Shown here: positions 17,388 to 25,506 of the stretch, in pieces
Position numbering within the stretch: position 1 is the stretch's first letter
Layout of the letters: every line of letters begins with the position of its first letter
NCBI RefSeq assembly: GCF_000220175.1
Contig: NZ_AFPU01000001.1
Location: 655,512-687,511, forward strand
DNA from: Nitrosarchaeum koreense MY1
GTDB lineage: Archaea; Thermoproteota; Nitrososphaeria; Nitrososphaerales; Nitrosopumilaceae
DNA: 32,000 bases
Reading direction: 5' to 3'
Made by a program: the position numbers and the translations under genes
Notes under the pieces: generated by a model
Database searches by the model: none
What the model was told of the DNA's origin: nothing
The model's input: the letters and a program-made list of their open reading frames with translations, nothing else

Positions 17388-17517
17388 TTGTAAATCTCTA
17401 ATTCTTATTTTTTAAAATGACTGGAGTGATCCTCTACTAAATAATCACTGCTTGGACTAAAAAGTAGCTGTTCTTTCGAACACTCTCCAGTCAAGAGTAA
17501 CTGAAATTTCTCACTTA

Positions 17518-17700
17518 TTATAATGATTCCTCTGAATTATCAAAAAAATTCTCTGGAAACATGTTTCTTATCTTTGTCCTCTCGTCTTCATATCTTTTTA
17601 TTTTGTCCTTGCCTGTTTCTGAGTCTAGCTCCTCAATCTTCTTTGTGAGCGTTTTATACATGATTAGGTATTCTGGAAATTTTTTTGGAAGTTCTGTCAT
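17518..17700 (-). CDS. Hypothetical small protein (60 aa)
   Basis: ATG ORF with charged, helical-looking composition. Confidence 0.35.
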   Translation of the reverse strand: MTELPKKFPEYLIMYKTLTKKIEELDSETGKDKIKRYEDERTKIRNMFPENFFDNSEESL

Positions 17701-17739
17701 TTTAAATGGATTAAATAATGATGAATGTCGGTAATATTT

Positions 17740-18108
17740 ATGAAATTTTTGATACTGTTTTTGTTCATATTTTCATTTACCGGGCTTGCCTTTGCAGAAA
17801 GTGACGTCCGCACTTTGATAGTTGGAAACCAAATTATGATTACTGCCGACGTTACAAACAGCCTCAACACACAACAGCCATTTGTATATATCACTCAGGT
17901 AAAAAATTCAGATAATATTGTAGTGTCTTTGTCTTGGCTTACTGGTTCGCTTTCTCCTCACCAGTCATTTTCACCTGCACAATCTTGGACATCAACTGAA
18001 ATAGGCATGTATGCAATTGAGGTATTTGTTTGGAAGAGCATCGATAATCCTGAAGCGTTGTCAGCTCCATTGTTTATGAAAGTAAATGTCATTGATCCAA
18101 AGACATGA
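17740..18108 (+). CDS. Small secreted protein (122 aa from ATG 17740)
   Basis: Signal peptide MKFLILFLFIFSFTGLAFAES followed by a beta-rich mature part. Confidence 0.55.
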   Translation: MKFLILFLFIFSFTGLAFAESDVRTLIVGNQIMITADVTNSLNTQQPFVYITQVKNSDNIVVSLSWLTGSLSPHQSFSPAQSWTSTEIGMYAIEVFVWKSIDNPEALSAPLFMKVNVIDPKT

Positions 18109-18672
18109 TCAAACTGTAAATGGCTTTTGATGAAATTTAATGCAGATGGTGTTGATGCCATTTATTATTTCTGCAATCTTTGAATACTCTGATTGTTTTT
18201 CTGAAATGTCATTTTTTATAATTCTCATGTAATGGATAATTTTTTTTACTTGCTTGTTTTTCTGATTCTTTGATATTGCTGCAGTTGATAAATCCTTTAG
18301 GTTTGCAGAGATGTCGCACAACTTGATTAATTTTGCATCAATTGATGCATTTTTTAATTGCGTGACATACTGCTGCTCGATGTCTTTTTTTGCAACGCTC
18401 TTGTCTTTTGTCAAAGATAGAATAATGACTGCAATTTCCCGTCCAAATTTTTCATTTATCTGATCAAATGTCACATCAGTATCTTCTATGATGTCGTGCA
18501 TCCAAGCCGCTGCAAGGACGTTTTTGTCAGTGACTCCTAAATTTTTGAGTCTGTTTACAACTCCTTCCAAGTGATCAGAGTATGGAGTAACCCCGTCTTT
18601 TCGTTTTTGATTTTTGTGTTTCTCATGTGCAAGTTTTTTTGCCTTTAGTACAATGTCTGCACTGTCTTCCAT
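18109..18672 (-). CDS. RelA/SpoT-type HD-domain hydrolase (small alarmone hydrolase / Mesh1-like)
   Basis: AHEKHKNQKRKDGVTPYSDHLEGVV...AAAWMHDIIEDTDVT...FGREIAVIILSLTKDK matches the HxxQxRK..PYxxH / HDxxEDT / FG...V..lT signature of the (p)ppGpp-hydrolase HD domain. No synthetase domain is present. Confidence 0.8.
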   Translation of the reverse strand: MEDSADIVLKAKKLAHEKHKNQKRKDGVTPYSDHLEGVVNRLKNLGVTDKNVLAAAWMHDIIEDTDVTFDQINEKFGREIAVIILSLTKDKSVAKKDIEQQYVTQLKNASIDAKLIKLCDISANLKDLSTAAISKNQKNKQVKKIIHYMRIIKNDISEKQSEYSKIAEIINGINTICIKFHQKPFTV

Positions 18673-18737
18673 GCGGTTTTGGTTTTATCCCCGGTATGTA
18701 GAGGTTTATTCCGTGAAGATATACTTAAGTTTGATAT

Positions 18738-19421
18738 TTGTGCCTATTGTCTGTGAGTGACGCAAACTATCGAGCCACTTTGGTAATTCTAAATGATATC
18801 GAGTCACACGGACTGGTCCAGTTTAATGAGCAATACTGTGACGAGGAATTTTTTAAAAATTTTTTAGAGTTTGAAAAAGACTTTTCAAATTCGTTTCATG
18901 ATGTTGCACGCAGCCTTGGTTCTCAAAATCAAGAGACAATGGTCTTTGCAATTTATTCAGAGATGTCCTTTATTATGTCGCATCTTGATGTGATAAACAA
19001 GTTTCTCAAAATTATTGTAAATCCTGCTAAACTAAAGGGCGGCTTTGATGAGAACACTTCGCTTTATCAGATGGTTACTAAAATTTGCAACAAGATGCAG
19101 TATTCTGAAAAGCTAAAAAATTCGATACGTGGAATGTTTCTGCTTGGCTTTAGAAATGCAATAACTACTCAGCAATATCGAATCTATCAAAATGATGATC
19201 TTGTAATTTTCCCAAATGACGAGAACTTAAAAAAACATTTTAGCATAAAGGATCTTACCGATTACTCATTACAGGTAATAAGTATGCTTGAGGCAATGAT
19301 TGACTGGTCAAATGGCGGAAAAAAATCCGTTGATAATTCTACTAACGCTCTTTATTCGCTAGTTGATGATATGAAAAGACAAGTCGAATTATTGGATAAA
19401 AAACTAGACAGACTATGCTAA
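18738..19421 (+). CDS. Hypothetical all-helical protein (227 aa)
   Basis: TTG start (alternative GTG at 18753). Divergent from the HD hydrolase gene with a 65-nt spacer. No motif recognised. Confidence 0.55.
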   Translation: MCLLSVSDANYRATLVILNDIESHGLVQFNEQYCDEEFFKNFLEFEKDFSNSFHDVARSLGSQNQETMVFAIYSEMSFIMSHLDVINKFLKIIVNPAKLKGGFDENTSLYQMVTKICNKMQYSEKLKNSIRGMFLLGFRNAITTQQYRIYQNDDLVIFPNDENLKKHFSIKDLTDYSLQVISMLEAMIDWSNGGKKSVDNSTNALYSLVDDMKRQVELLDKKLDRLC

Positions 19422-19770
19422 TTTTTCCAAAATGGATGTGACATTTCTCAAAAAGTTCCACTGTTCTTAAGTTTCAAGTTTACGTAAGTAAATTGTCCTA
19501 ATTCGTACTGTCTAGTTGAAATAGAGATATTTCAGCGAGACTTTATTTTTTAAATTTAATCCTTTTATATCGTATTTTTCAGACTCAATTAAATGGTAAT
19601 AAATGGTATTTTTAAAAAATTATCATTGATCGTGCTCAAAAATCCTGTGTTGGTAGTGCGTAAATTGTAAAAAATATCGAGTTTTATTTTTATATGATTT
19701 TTACAAAAAAATCAAACTTGTATATTATCATTTAAATTTTAGAATATTTTAAACTATGAAGAAATTATTG

Positions 19771-19788
19771 GATTCTAAACCCCTTTTT
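19771..19788 (+). repeat. Repeat core copy E (GATTCTAAACCCCTTTTT, diverged)
   Basis: GATTCTAAAC is identical to the core, followed by CCCTTTTT instead of TCTTTTC. It lies in the ORF-poor AT-rich spacer about 50 nt upstream of micro-ORF 19839-19928. Confidence 0.5.
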
Positions 19789-19838
19789 ATGGATAATTCC
19801 TACGTCCTTGTTAAATACAAAATTTACATAATGGGGGT

Positions 19839-19928
19839 ATGCTTAGATTAAAAAGTAAAAAAAACATCATCAAAATAATTCAAAGTAAATGGAATCAATT
19901 AGAAAATCCTGAAGAAGAATGGATATAA
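19839..19928 (+). CDS. Possible micro-ORF (29 aa, MLRLKSKKNIIKIIQSKWNQLENPEEEWI) inside the right repeat arm
   Basis: ATG..TAA ORF. Its homologous left-arm frame (minus strand, about 4083-4189) reads KCIEFIKNKKSIIKIIQGKWNQLENPEQEWVQLENRD. Several differences between the two are synonymous (aac/aat, gag/gaa, ata/atc). Confidence 0.3.
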   Translation: MLRLKSKKNIIKIIQSKWNQLENPEEEWI

Positions 19929-19970
19929 TTAGAGAATAGTCTAATTGAAATCAGGTTCTAAACTCTTTTC
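19843..19970 (+). repeat. Right arm of inverted duplication (includes repeat core copy C at 19953-19970)
   Basis: See the left arm 4061-4190. The core here is AGGTTCTAAACTCTTTTC, one mismatch from the consensus. Confidence 0.85.
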
Positions 19971-20145
19971 ATCCCTAATTGTCTATCTTCTCTATAATCC
20001 TAAATGCTTCATAATTCGGCAAACTCATCAGCAATCAGACATAGCTTTCTTAATCATCAGCAATTGATAATTTTCATTCTATGATATATTGGTATTTTTG
20101 CTGCAAAGCATAACTTTTTGATATCCCAAAAACCATTCTCACTTT

Positions 20146-20382
20146 ATGGCTAACATGGATAAACTGTACAGAAGCATTGCTGCAAAAATTATCCAAAGAT
20201 GCCATGGCAGCATCAAAATTACAAAGCACGGAAAAATAATCGAAGTCTATGATGTAAACAGACACATCTGGAGCAAGGGACTGGCAGGACTAATTATCAA
20301 AGAGGAATGCAAAAACGCAGATCTCAAAGAATGGGAGTTTGCACATGTCAGAACCTATGTAATTCAACAATTACTAAAATAA
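20146..20382 (+). CDS. Hypothetical protein (78 aa)
   Basis: ATG ORF, convergent with the next gene and separated from it by 1 nt. Confidence 0.4.
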   Translation: MANMDKLYRSIAAKIIQRCHGSIKITKHGKIIEVYDVNRHIWSKGLAGLIIKEECKNADLKEWEFAHVRTYVIQQLLK

Positions 20383-20383
20383 C

Positions 20384-20644
20384 CTAGTATGTTACTTTGC
20401 GAATCAGGTGCGGCTCTTTTAGCATCACTTGATAGTCTTTGGCAGCTGACAGTTCAACTTCCTTGAGATTGTGGTTTGTAATTACAGTCAATGCTTCACA
20501 TCTTGAACAAAGTATTGTCTGGCCGTCTGATCTTCGTTCAAAGACAATATTTTTTTCCAGTTTGTCGTCTTTTTGGCACCTTGGACAGATCTTTGGCTCT
20601 TTTAGAATCGTGATTATCTCTTTTATGTAGATGGTTCTTGGCAC
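20384..20644 (-). CDS. Small zinc-ribbon protein (86 aa)
   Basis: GTG start. CPRC ... CSRC pairs. Repeat-core copy D lies 24 nt upstream of the start. Confidence 0.45.
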   Translation of the reverse strand: MPRTIYIKEIITILKEPKICPRCQKDDKLEKNIVFERRSDGQTILCSRCEALTVITNHNLKEVELSAAKDYQVMLKEPHLIRKVTY

Positions 20645-20668
20645 AAGTCATTTTGTTATCCCCTGACA

Positions 20669-20686
20669 GAAAAGAGTTTGGATATG
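20669..20686 (-). repeat. Repeat core copy D (partial: CATATCCAAACTCTTTTC on minus strand)
   Basis: An exact 11-mer AAACTCTTTTC is shared with the core and the 5' part has diverged. This is the weakest copy. Confidence 0.35.
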
Positions 20687-20874
20687 TCAATTGGCATCCA
20701 GCAATTCTGGTCCAAATAAAACCGTTCTAAAATTATTTGAACCAAAACCGTTGAGTATTCGATATATTTCTCAATCTAGCCAATCAACAATAATTTTTGT
20801 ATCCTCGTTGAAATATGTCTTTGGGCATTTCAATTATATTGATTTAAAAATTAGTTTATCTATTAGATATAGAT

Positions 20875-21138
20875 ATGACTGAAGACATTTGTGATTTTTG
20901 CAAAGGACTAGGCTCAATATCTTCCCATGATTGCGTTTATTGCAATGGCACTGGGGAATGGAACCAGGCAGCACAAGCATATGTCAAAAATCACATTTGC
21001 CAATGTATAGTACTTGACAGAAAGTTTTGCCCGGTTTGTAACAAGGCATGTCATCATGATACTTCGTTGAATCCAAAACAGAGAATTGATCCAGGTTATG
21101 GCGGTTCATCAATTCCAGAAATTACTGTAATTGCTTAG
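20875..21138 (+). CDS. Cys-rich small protein with DnaJ-type CxxCxGxG zinc-finger repeats (87 aa)
   Basis: CDFCKGLG and CVYCNGTG (two CxxCxGxG units), plus CQC and CPVCNKACHH. Confidence 0.55.
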   Translation: MTEDICDFCKGLGSISSHDCVYCNGTGEWNQAAQAYVKNHICQCIVLDRKFCPVCNKACHHDTSLNPKQRIDPGYGGSSIPEITVIA

Positions 21139-22226
21139 GTAACTATCTCATCAAGACGCCCTTCTTCTTGGGCCTGTCTTATTTCCATGGCGATTCTTTT
21201 GCCAATTCCAAATGTTTTGCCGTACTGATATTTTGTGTACGGGCTAGTAGTTGCAACAATCGGATTTCCAGGGACTCGCAATGACACATCATACACTACA
21301 AGCTCCAAATCCTTTGTAATTACACTCTGCAAAGAAAATGGCCCAATGATTCCTGGGGCGTATTCCTTTTTGACTGCAGCTACAAACTTGTCGCCCATCT
21401 TGATTACTTTTTCAAGCAACGACTCTCTGATGCTAGCTGGTGTGTGACCTACCTCGATGTTTTGCAAGTCAATGTTGATATCTAGCTGCTGTTTTGCTGG
21501 AAGCGCGTTAAAGTCATGGACGTTTGTCTGCAGTCTTCGTTCAATTCCAATAAAATCAACCTGCTTTGATATTGGAGTGTGAAAGAAATTAAAATTCATG
21601 TATGTGCCAATTGCAAGTTCCTCGATGCTTGCTTGTTCTAGGCCCTTTCTTGAAATTAATCCTTGTTTTATTTTTGCTTCTGATTTTTCTTTATAGTCTT
21701 TGTAAGATGATACTGTGAAAAATGCCCGCTCTAATGGTCTCTTTAATTCTTGTACCTTTACGATACATGGCTTGTTGATGTTTTTTGGGTCTTTGAATAA
21801 CTTTGGAAATTTTATTCTTGCCTTCTCTAGTAAAAAGTACTGGTTTCTTTTTGCTGTTCTCTCTTCTGCTTGGAATAGTTTTCTGTTTCCAAATATTGGA
21901 ACCTTAAATGAATTTTCCAAGGTTTTGTATCCAAGATATACAGTCAGTGATCTATGAGGAACTATTATGACATTAGAGTCTCGCATGGCTTTTTGATTTT
22001 TAGTAGATGCCATATCCTTGAATTTATTTAACACAACAATCTCGTCTGCTATTCTTCCAAATCTCTGGTATGGTCCTTCCCTTCCTTTTTGGCAATACAC
22101 TAGCGTCTGAAAGTTTTCATCTTTTGCCCCATCCATTACCTCAAGTGCAGAGTGACTTCCCATCACACCAATCTTTACATCAGAATATCCATTTACAATT
22201 TTTTTAATCTCAGAAGAACTAATCAT
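21135..22226 (-). CDS. purP: 5-formaminoimidazole-4-carboxamide ribonucleotide (FAICAR) synthetase, ATP-grasp, archaeal PurP
   Basis: 363 aa. N-terminus ...IKIGVMGSHSALEVMDGAKDENF.T.VYCQKGRE..Y and overall length are typical of archaeal PurP. Confidence 0.85.
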   Translation of the reverse strand: MISSSEIKKIVNGYSDVKIGVMGSHSALEVMDGAKDENFQTLVYCQKGREGPYQRFGRIADEIVVLNKFKDMASTKNQKAMRDSNVIIVPHRSLTVYLGYKTLENSFKVPIFGNRKLFQAEERTAKRNQYFLLEKARIKFPKLFKDPKNINKPCIVKVQELKRPLERAFFTVSSYKDYKEKSEAKIKQGLISRKGLEQASIEELAIGTYMNFNFFHTPISKQVDFIGIERRLQTNVHDFNALPAKQQLDINIDLQNIEVGHTPASIRESLLEKVIKMGDKFVAAVKKEYAPGIIGPFSLQSVITKDLELVVYDVSLRVPGNPIVATTSPYTKYQYGKTFGIGKRIAMEIRQAQEEGRLDEIVT

Positions 22227-22340
22227 AAGATAACTAGAATACAGGAACTAATATAGCTAATTTTCAAAAATCAGCCTCAAAAAATAGCATCGAATTTTTA
22301 CATTTAGAATTTTAATTAATGATAAGTTTGAAAAATCAAA

Positions 22341-22625
22341 TTATGAAAGTAGTGGTAAAATTACAATAGTCATTATAGAATAGGTTGCAGCCACACCCAT
22401 TACAAAATAAGACCATGTTGGTCTGATGCGTATTTTTTTAAGTACGGTCAGAACGAAAATACTCACAGAAACAATAGACGTACTTTTTGCTACCAGATTT
22501 AAAAAGTCTTTTAGTTCATCTGTCTTGTTCTTGAATATTATTTCAAAATTACTTGCCCCAAACGCCAGTAATATTCCTAGAATTATTCCTAAAACCAATA
22601 ATATGATCTTGGTTGGATTAATCAT
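22341..22625 (-). CDS. Small membrane protein (94 aa, 3 TM)
   Basis: Three hydrophobic helices. The antisense ORF 22426-22659 is less protein-like. Confidence 0.45.
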   Translation of the reverse strand: MINPTKIILLVLGIILGILLAFGASNFEIIFKNKTDELKDFLNLVAKSTSIVSVSIFVLTVLKKIRIRPTWSYFVMGVAATYSIMTIVILPLLS

Positions 22626-22828
22626 GTGCAGGCAGTTGAATTTATTTCACTCATATTAATCCATTATTGAAAATCGAAATTGTATTTATTAGAATGAGAT
22701 GTAGTTAAAACTCATGACAAAAGATTTGAAAAAAACCACAACATTTGATGTCAAAAAAAGAATCAACAGGTTAAACTTTGATCAAAAAACAAATTATGTT
22801 CTCCTCAACTTTACAAGAGTAAGATAGA

Positions 22829-24268
22829 ATGGAAAAAATACCGCAAAATGAAAGGGCACTAATTCTTCAGGGAGGTGGTTCCCTCGGAGCATATGAAGCA
22901 GGGTGTTATGACGCAGGTTACAAGTTCCTAAAACACAGAAACACACTAGAAGATCAAAAGAGACCGATGTTTGATATAATTGCAGGCACATCTATTGGTG
23001 CAATCAATTCTGCAATAATTACAAGTTATGTGGTAGAAAACAAGACGTGGGAAGGTTCTGCAGAACGGTTAATTGATTTTTGGAATTATATTTCAACAGA
23101 ATCATTTTTAGATAAAATTCCAAATTATATGACACAATGGTGGGATAATTATAGAAAGTTTTTCACAAATCTTGCAGATGCCGAAACTACTAGGAGATAT
23201 TATTCTTCAAAAGAATTTACTGCTACTGGAGTCTCCAAAGTATTCTCACACCCTCAGATGGTTGCTGACAATAGATTCTTTGATATGTTTAACGTGTGGT
23301 ACAGATATGATTCCAAACCACTAAAAGAAAGCCTAGAAAAATTTGCCAAATTTCCTATTGCCACTAGTCGTGAATATGATCAACCAAGACTATTGCTTGT
23401 CGCTACTGACGTAGGAGAAGGCATGCCTGTTGTGTTTGATAGCTATGAAAAAGAGGATGGTGGAAGACATAGTGGTTATGGAAAATTAATTGTAGATGAA
23501 AATAACAAAAAGAATTCAATAATAGGATTTGAACATGTCATAAGATATGATGATGGAATAACTGCAGATCAGGTCATTGCAAGTGCATCAGTACCAGTTA
23601 ACTATGATTATGTCAAGATGGATGCAGAACGTTATGACTCAAATACAAAGAGATATGAAAAAGAAGAACGTTTTTTCTGGGATGGTGGGATTCTAATCAA
23701 TACACCATTAATGCAGGTGATTATAGCTCAAAGACAATATTGGTATTATGGTAAGGGAGTAAAGGGCATCCTGCCAAAACTTGATGTAGTTCAAATAAAT
23801 TTGAACCCTGCACGAGTTAACACAGTTCCTTTCGATTATGATGGTGTAAAAAATAGGGTTTCAGATATTGTTTTTGCAGATAGAACAAAGAACGACGAAA
23901 CGATATTGTTGTTTCTTCAATCATTTCAGGAGATGACAAAAAAATTAATCAATATGTCAATTGAACGTGGAATAAAACAAGAAGTAATTGATAAAATGCT
24001 CGATGAACCACTACCTATGCAACACCGCTTTGTTGGTGCAATGGCAACAAAATATCGTGATTTTGTAGAAGGTGAACTAAACATAGGTGAAATCATAAGA
24101 ATTGAAAGAGAACATGATGACTATGCGGTTTCAAACAAGGTTTTTGATTTTACTTCAAACACAATAAAACGCCTCATACAAAACGGTTATGATGATATGA
24201 TTGATTATCTTAAAACCCGCTTTAGTTCAGAATATCTAAAAAAGATTGGCATGTTGACTGACATTTGA
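22829..24268 (+). CDS. Patatin-like phospholipase family protein
   Basis: Oxyanion motif LILQGGGSLGAYEAG, nucleophile elbow GTSIG (GxSxG) and catalytic Asp motif FWDGGILINTP (DGG). Confidence 0.9.
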   Translation: MEKIPQNERALILQGGGSLGAYEAGCYDAGYKFLKHRNTLEDQKRPMFDIIAGTSIGAINSAIITSYVVENKTWEGSAERLIDFWNYISTESFLDKIPNYMTQWWDNYRKFFTNLADAETTRRYYSSKEFTATGVSKVFSHPQMVADNRFFDMFNVWYRYDSKPLKESLEKFAKFPIATSREYDQPRLLLVATDVGEGMPVVFDSYEKEDGGRHSGYGKLIVDENNKKNSIIGFEHVIRYDDGITADQVIASASVPVNYDYVKMDAERYDSNTKRYEKEERFFWDGGILINTPLMQVIIAQRQYWYYGKGVKGILPKLDVVQINLNPARVNTVPFDYDGVKNRVSDIVFADRTKNDETILLFLQSFQEMTKKLINMSIERGIKQEVIDKMLDEPLPMQHRFVGAMATKYRDFVEGELNIGEIIRIEREHDDYAVSNKVFDFTSNTIKRLIQNGYDDMIDYLKTRFSSEYLKKIGMLTDI

Positions 24269-24322
24269 GATGTTAAATTAACCAATCACAAGATTTTTCT
24301 TAATACACATTACAATACTGAT

Positions 24323-24460
24323 ATGTTTTATTCCGTTGAATTACAGATGGCCGGAGTTATCTTGCTTACTGCCATGGCAGTAGGTGGAATCTCTTTGTGG
24401 ATTAAGCGAAGACAAGAACAGAAAAAACTGGATGCTGCAGATGAGGCACAAACTAGCTAG
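24323..24460 (+). CDS. Possible single-TM micro-protein (45 aa)
   Basis: ATG..TAG ORF below the track threshold. Hydrophobic core AGVILLTAMAVGGISLWI followed by KRRQEQKK. Confidence 0.3.
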   Translation: MFYSVELQMAGVILLTAMAVGGISLWIKRRQEQKKLDAADEAQTS

Positions 24461-24519
24461 TGCTAAAATCATCGTACCATCTAATAGATAAAATACCATG
24501 AATGATTAGATAGTTTACA

Positions 24520-25083
24520 ATGAAGCTGATAGTTGGCATTACTGGCAGTACTGGTGTAATCTATGGCGTTCGCTTGTTAGAGGTCTTAAAGAAACTGGGA
24601 GTTGAGACTCATCTGATAATGTCAGAGTGGGCAATCAAGTGTCTTGCAATGGAGACAGAATTTCAAATAGGCTATGTAAAGTCACTTGCAACTACAACTT
24701 CTGATGAATCAAACATGGCAGCAAGCGTTTCAAGTGGAACTCATAAGGTTGATGGAATGATTGTCGCGCCATGCAGCATGAAAACATTGTCTGCAATTGC
24801 AAATGGGTATGATGACACATTGGTTGCAAGGGCAGCAGGTGTGACAATTAAGGAATCTAGAAAATTAATTTTGATGGTTCGAGAAACTCCGCTTTCTGCA
24901 ATCCATCTTGAAAACATGTTAAAATTATCAAGACTTGGAATTGTAATACTGCCGCCAGTTACAGAATTTTATACAAAACCAAAAACAATCGATGATATTG
25001 TAAATCACGGAGTTGGAAAGTGTCTGGACCAGTTTAATCTGGAGCACGGTTTATACCCTCGTTGGGGTACTTTCAAATTATAA
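24520..25083 (+). CDS. ubiX: Flavin prenyltransferase UbiX/Pad1 family
   Basis: MKLIVGITGSTGVIYGVRLLEVL..., ...VAPCSMKTLSAIANG and a length of 187 aa. Confidence 0.9.
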   Translation: MKLIVGITGSTGVIYGVRLLEVLKKLGVETHLIMSEWAIKCLAMETEFQIGYVKSLATTTSDESNMAASVSSGTHKVDGMIVAPCSMKTLSAIANGYDDTLVARAAGVTIKESRKLILMVRETPLSAIHLENMLKLSRLGIVILPPVTEFYTKPKTIDDIVNHGVGKCLDQFNLEHGLYPRWGTFKL

Positions 25084-25506
25084 TTGGCTAGAGTTGTTTT
25101 TGAAAAGATCATAAAGGCTGACAGAAAAAAAGTTTTTGAAATTACTACAAACTATGAAAATTTCCAAAAAATTCTTCCACAATACTATCCCTCAACTAGA
25201 ACCATTTCAGTTAGGGGAAATAACTCACTTGTAGAGGAGCACTTGATGCTTGGAGGACAGGAATTTGTAATCATGGCAAAGCATGTAACTGACGAACCAA
25301 TCCTGCACGAACTATTCATTGTTGGCGGGGATGCAAAGGGCACTCACATCACAACAAGATACGAGCAGCTTCCAAACGAAACAAAACTAATTTTGGAGAT
25401 TGATTGGAAGTTTAAAGGACTAAAGAAACTGGGTTTTGGCAAAGACAAGATTCCAAAGGAATATTCTAAAATGATTGATGAGTTTGCTATTATTGCAGAA
25501 AACTAG
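25084..25506 (+). CDS. SRPBCC (START/polyketide-cyclase-like) domain protein
   Basis: The TTG start immediately follows the ubiX stop. 140 aa, with ...ADRKKVFEITTNYENFQKILPQY... typical of the SRPBCC N-terminus. Confidence 0.6.
   Translation: MARVVFEKIIKADRKKVFEITTNYENFQKILPQYYPSTRTISVRGNNSLVEEHLMLGGQEFVIMAKHVTDEPILHELFIVGGDAKGTHITTRYEQLPNETKLILEIDWKFKGLKKLGFGKDKIPKEYSKMIDEFAIIAEN

Noticed and set aside
17697-18161. ORFs 17697-17894 and 17958-18161 on the minus strand.
   Set aside because: They overlap the signal-peptide-bearing secreted protein gene 17740-18108 and have no supporting features.
3788-20686. Integron-like cassette array, with the core motif acting as attC.
   Set aside because: The core does not fit the R''/R' (RYYYAAC / GTTRRRY) attC pattern. 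There is no extended imperfect palindrome and no intI-like gene.
20691-20882. A 63-aa TTG ORF in the divergent intergenic region upstream of 20875.
   Set aside because: It covers an AT-rich promoter region, has Ser/Ile-rich composition, and overlaps the start of the better-supported Cys-rich gene.
22714-22827. A 37-aa ORF ending 1 nt before the patatin-like gene start (a possible leader peptide).
   Set aside because: There is no supporting motif or conservation evidence available, so it is too weak to list as a feature.
22829-24268. Patatin-like phospholipase as an effector of a cyclic-nucleotide defence system.
   Set aside because: There is no adjacent cyclase, sensor or other defence-type partner. 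The flanking genes are purP, a small membrane protein and ubiX, and the architecture looks like an ordinary stand-alone patatin lipase.
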